A stretch of 63,984 bases of DNA, the filler included, from Ionaspis alba (Eukaryota): the NCBI GenBank assembly GCA_964255285.1. It is 3 parts of 3 records of this genome, joined end to end, with 100 filler letters (N's around TTAATTAATTAA, not from the genome) between each part and the next. Parts side by side here need not be neighbours in the genome. Positions count along the whole stretch, not along the records: positions 44,947 to 63,984 come from CAXUUL010000275.1; 2 more parts are not named here. One strand, written 5' to 3'. Below are positions 60,923-63,984 of this stretch, one piece after another (position 1 is the stretch's first letter; the number at the start of each line of letters is the position of its first letter). Below the pieces are notes generated by a model, which worked only from the letters and a program-made list of their open reading frames with translations, did not search any database and had not been told where the DNA came from. The position numbers and the translations under genes were made by a program.

Positions 60923-63030
60923 ATGGCTGCAGGCAGCCAAGCACTAAGTTCTCTACTCAAAAAAGCCACAATCGAGGACCACGAAGAAGTGCTGAAAGCC
61001 TGCAATGCAACCCTCAAGCAGTCGAAAGGAGACTTGAACGCCCACCATGTTAAGGTCGTTGCGCTTCTGAAGCTCGACCGCTTTGATGATGTTATCCGTG
61101 TGCTGGAAGAGGGAGGCGACAAGCTCAAACAAAAGGCGCAATTGGAACACGCCTATGCACTCTACAAACTGGGAGAGCTGGAAGAAGCTCGAAGTTTGGC
61201 GAACGGCGTGAGCGATGATCGAGGTGCTAGGCATGTGGAAGCTCAGGCAGTACGTTTGCGGATTTTGCTCTCGGATGTGAAGCGCTGATCAAGTGTTCTT
61301 AGTCGTACAGATCGGAGAACTTCGCTCAGGCTGCGACCTTATATAAAACCCTCTCTGATAGCCGACAAGCAGCCATTGAGAACGAGGAGAATGACTTAAG
61401 GATCAATGCGGGTGCTACTGACGCGCAGTTGGAATGGAGAAGGCAGGGCCATCTTGTGCACAAGAAGCGAGCTGGGAGGGAGGACCTGGAGGCGTTCGAG
61501 ACAGCCTACAATGCAGCCTGTGGATGCATAGCCAGAGGGGAACTTAACCAAGGCGAGATCCTTCTCAAACGTGCCAAAGGTGAGTAAATTTAGTACAGTG
61601 CTGGAGGGTAGGCTCTGACAACGAATCTTAGATTTGTGTACGTCCTCAGAGGACCTGAATGACCAGGAGAAGATTGCGGAGCTTCTTCCAATCTCTGTAC
61701 AGCAGCTATATGTGCTAAGCGCGTTGGGCAAGATTGAGCAAGCTGAACAGCTAGCCCCGGAAATCACTCTCAACGAGTACGAGCCCCAACTGCGTGAGGT
61801 TCTGCTTGACTGACAGAACGCAGCATACCCGACCTGTCGACTCGCCACATAGCACAGATCAATCGGCTATCTACTACTCTAGAGCCCGCGAATCCTTACC
61901 TTGCCCATCGGGTACTTCACTCTAATGCTCCTTTGCCTAAGACGGACACGCTATTCCAATTCCAGGAGACCTTGCAGAAACAGAACAAGCTAACGCTTGA
62001 CCTTTTGTCGTCCAAATTTACAGGCGTGGCTGATTCCACAGCAAAGCATATATCACAGAATACTTCTCCTTCCACGTCTGCCAGCCTGAATTGTGTCTCT
62101 GTTGCAAATGCTGCGGCACACGCACAGAACCAATTGGGGAAGCTCGGACTCAAGTCCATTCTTCCTTTGTTAGAGAAACGACCGGCGGATGTTGGATTGA
62201 TAGTGACAGTTGTGCAACTCTACGTATTGACGAATAACCACGGTTCAGCAATCACGGTTTTGGAATCGTTCTTGAAACGCCTTAATGAGTCTACATCGGA
62301 AAACGATCTAGATGTCCGGTTCGCCCCTGGTCTCATTGCCATTCTTCTTTCACTTTACTCGATACAACGTCGCAAGTCTTACATCAGGACAGAGCTTGCG
62401 AAAGCAGCGTCATACTGGAGACACAAATCGAAAGCTCCAGCTAATTTGCTGCGTGCTGCCGGGTTGTCCCTCTTAGAATCTTCCAGTGAGGAAGACTTGA
62501 GCCTCGCAGGAGAGATTTTTGGCAATCTTCTCGAGCAAGACTCCAGAGACAAATTTGCCTCAGCCGGCTATGTTGCAGCGTATGCAACGACTAAACCATC
62601 GAAAGTTGAAAGTCTCGCAGGTCAACTAACTCCGGTCAATCGACTGACTTTTGGTGTCGACGTGGCGTCATTAGAGCATACGGGAATACCGCAGCTTGCA
62701 GCAGATGCCGCTACCTTACCGAGCAAGAAGCGTGCAGCCACTGAAAGCTCGAAGCCAGCAAAGAAAAGGGTCCGCGAGTCAAGAATACCAAAGGACTATG
62801 ATTCTAGCAAAGCTCCTGATCCGGAGAGGTGGCTCCCTCTCAGGGACAGGTCTTCTTATCGTCCCAAAGGGAAGAAGGGCAAGCAGAAGGCAGCAGCCTT
62901 GACACAAGGAGGCATAAACGAAAAGGGATCTGAGAACCTCAACATCTCTGCTAGTGACAGTGCGGTGAAGCCATCCAATAATGTCATTACTGGGACTTCG
63001 AAGCAGAAAAAGAAGAAGCCCAAAAAATAG
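60923..63030 (+). CDS. SRP72: Signal recognition particle subunit SRP72, 4 exons
   Basis: TPR N-terminus [41 protein letters not shown]-binding motif [34 protein letters not shown], Lys-rich tail. Confidence 0.95.
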
Positions 63031-63132
63031 AGCCAGTTTTGGCCAGTCACTCATCGTTTCGATTGCCATCCGTGCGATATGTGATTCCGTTGTCGCGGAG
63101 AGTATCGTGTACCAGCGCAAGTATTACCATGA

Positions 63133-63829
63133 CTAAGTCGCGAAAAGGGTATCCTCCTAAATCCCAATTAGCAAATCGCCAAACTCCATTACAGGTAGTC
63201 CATACCTCTCTGAGATACTCTCCTATATCCGCCTGCCTAAAAGTCGTTATCCCCGTCGGCTCCAATCTTCTAGCCTCAGCCGTGGACCTCGCCGTGACTC
63301 CGAATCCCTGTATCCAGTCAGTGTGCGGTACAATTGCCCCATATCAGCCCGGTGGACCACGCTATAGCGCTCCACATACCAAAGGCGTATCATCCATCCC
63401 CAAAACCACAACCCCCTGATGCTCCGGACAATCCTCACTCCACCTCCCCACATGAGCCTTGACCACATTGCCCCCGTAGAGAAAAGGCATCTCCCCATTC
63501 GGCTTCACCCACACCTTGTATCGCGCATGCGGCGCAATGATATCCAGCGCCGTGATGTGCATTCTGAACTTTCCCGTCTTGGTAAATTTTCCAAGGCATG
63601 TGCCAAGAGAGAGAAGATTGGGGCGAGCGATAGAAGTGGCGAGGTTGGCGAGAGAAAGCCGTACGTAGTAGACTCGGGAAGCGTGCAAGCGGAAGACATG
63701 GCGGTCTGGGGGGTGGCTGTCTGAAGAGGTAGAAGCCGGGGGTTCGATGAGATGATTCAGGGAGCGCCCGGTATAGTTTGCGAGTTTGGAGAAGAGGGCT
63801 TGAGTCTCACTTTCCGTGAGTGAGCGCAT
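63133..63829 (-). CDS. NIP7: 60S ribosome biogenesis protein Nip7 (PUA domain), 3 exons
   Basis: MRSLTESET..KLANYTG, LGTCLGKFTKTGKFRMHITALD, KVWVKPNGEMPFLYG, PL/GFGVTARST..FRQADIGEYLRE/EDTLFAT*. Confidence 0.96.
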
Positions 63830-63984
63830 GGTGGCAGCTGCAGCACTGGAATTGTAATAGCGGAGGCTTAGGGGTAGAAGTATTTACTGTATGGTTCGAC
63901 GGAAAGATATCGGATATCTTCGCTACGCTATTAGCGTTTTCACAAACCGTGCATTTTCTTGGCGCTCAACTTTGCTCTTTGCCC

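Overview
Gene-dense, intron-rich genomic DNA from a filamentous ascomycete (Pezizomycotina; finer taxonomy cannot be read from the sequence). The window is not one locus. Two N44-TTAATTAATTAA-N44 linkers (22397-22496, 44847-44946) join three separate scaffolds, and there are two further 100-N gaps. About 23 protein genes are visible, mostly housekeeping. Scaffold 1: TBCC, complex I NDUFA11/21.3 kDa, UBP2, NDUFS8, mitochondrial ACP, VPS74, a conserved unknown protein, cystathionine gamma-synthase, UTP22. Scaffold 2: a secreted arylsulfotransferase, an ASPM-like CH protein, YTA7, CDH1, APE4, PHO13, MDM38, ADK2. Scaffold 3: a DUF3824-like protein, a degenerate NACHT/STAND protein, an AAA+ ATPase, MRH4, BUD4, an orphan ORF, SRP72, NIP7. 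The best candidate for an undescribed system is a head-to-head pair at 46942-51678: an intact, sensor-less NACHT/STAND-like gene with a broken Walker A motif shares a 347-bp intergenic region with an AAA+ ATPase whose catalytic motifs are intact. I recognised no tRNA, rRNA, transposon or CRISPR. Gene models were spliced by eye and family calls come from motif recognition, not database searches.
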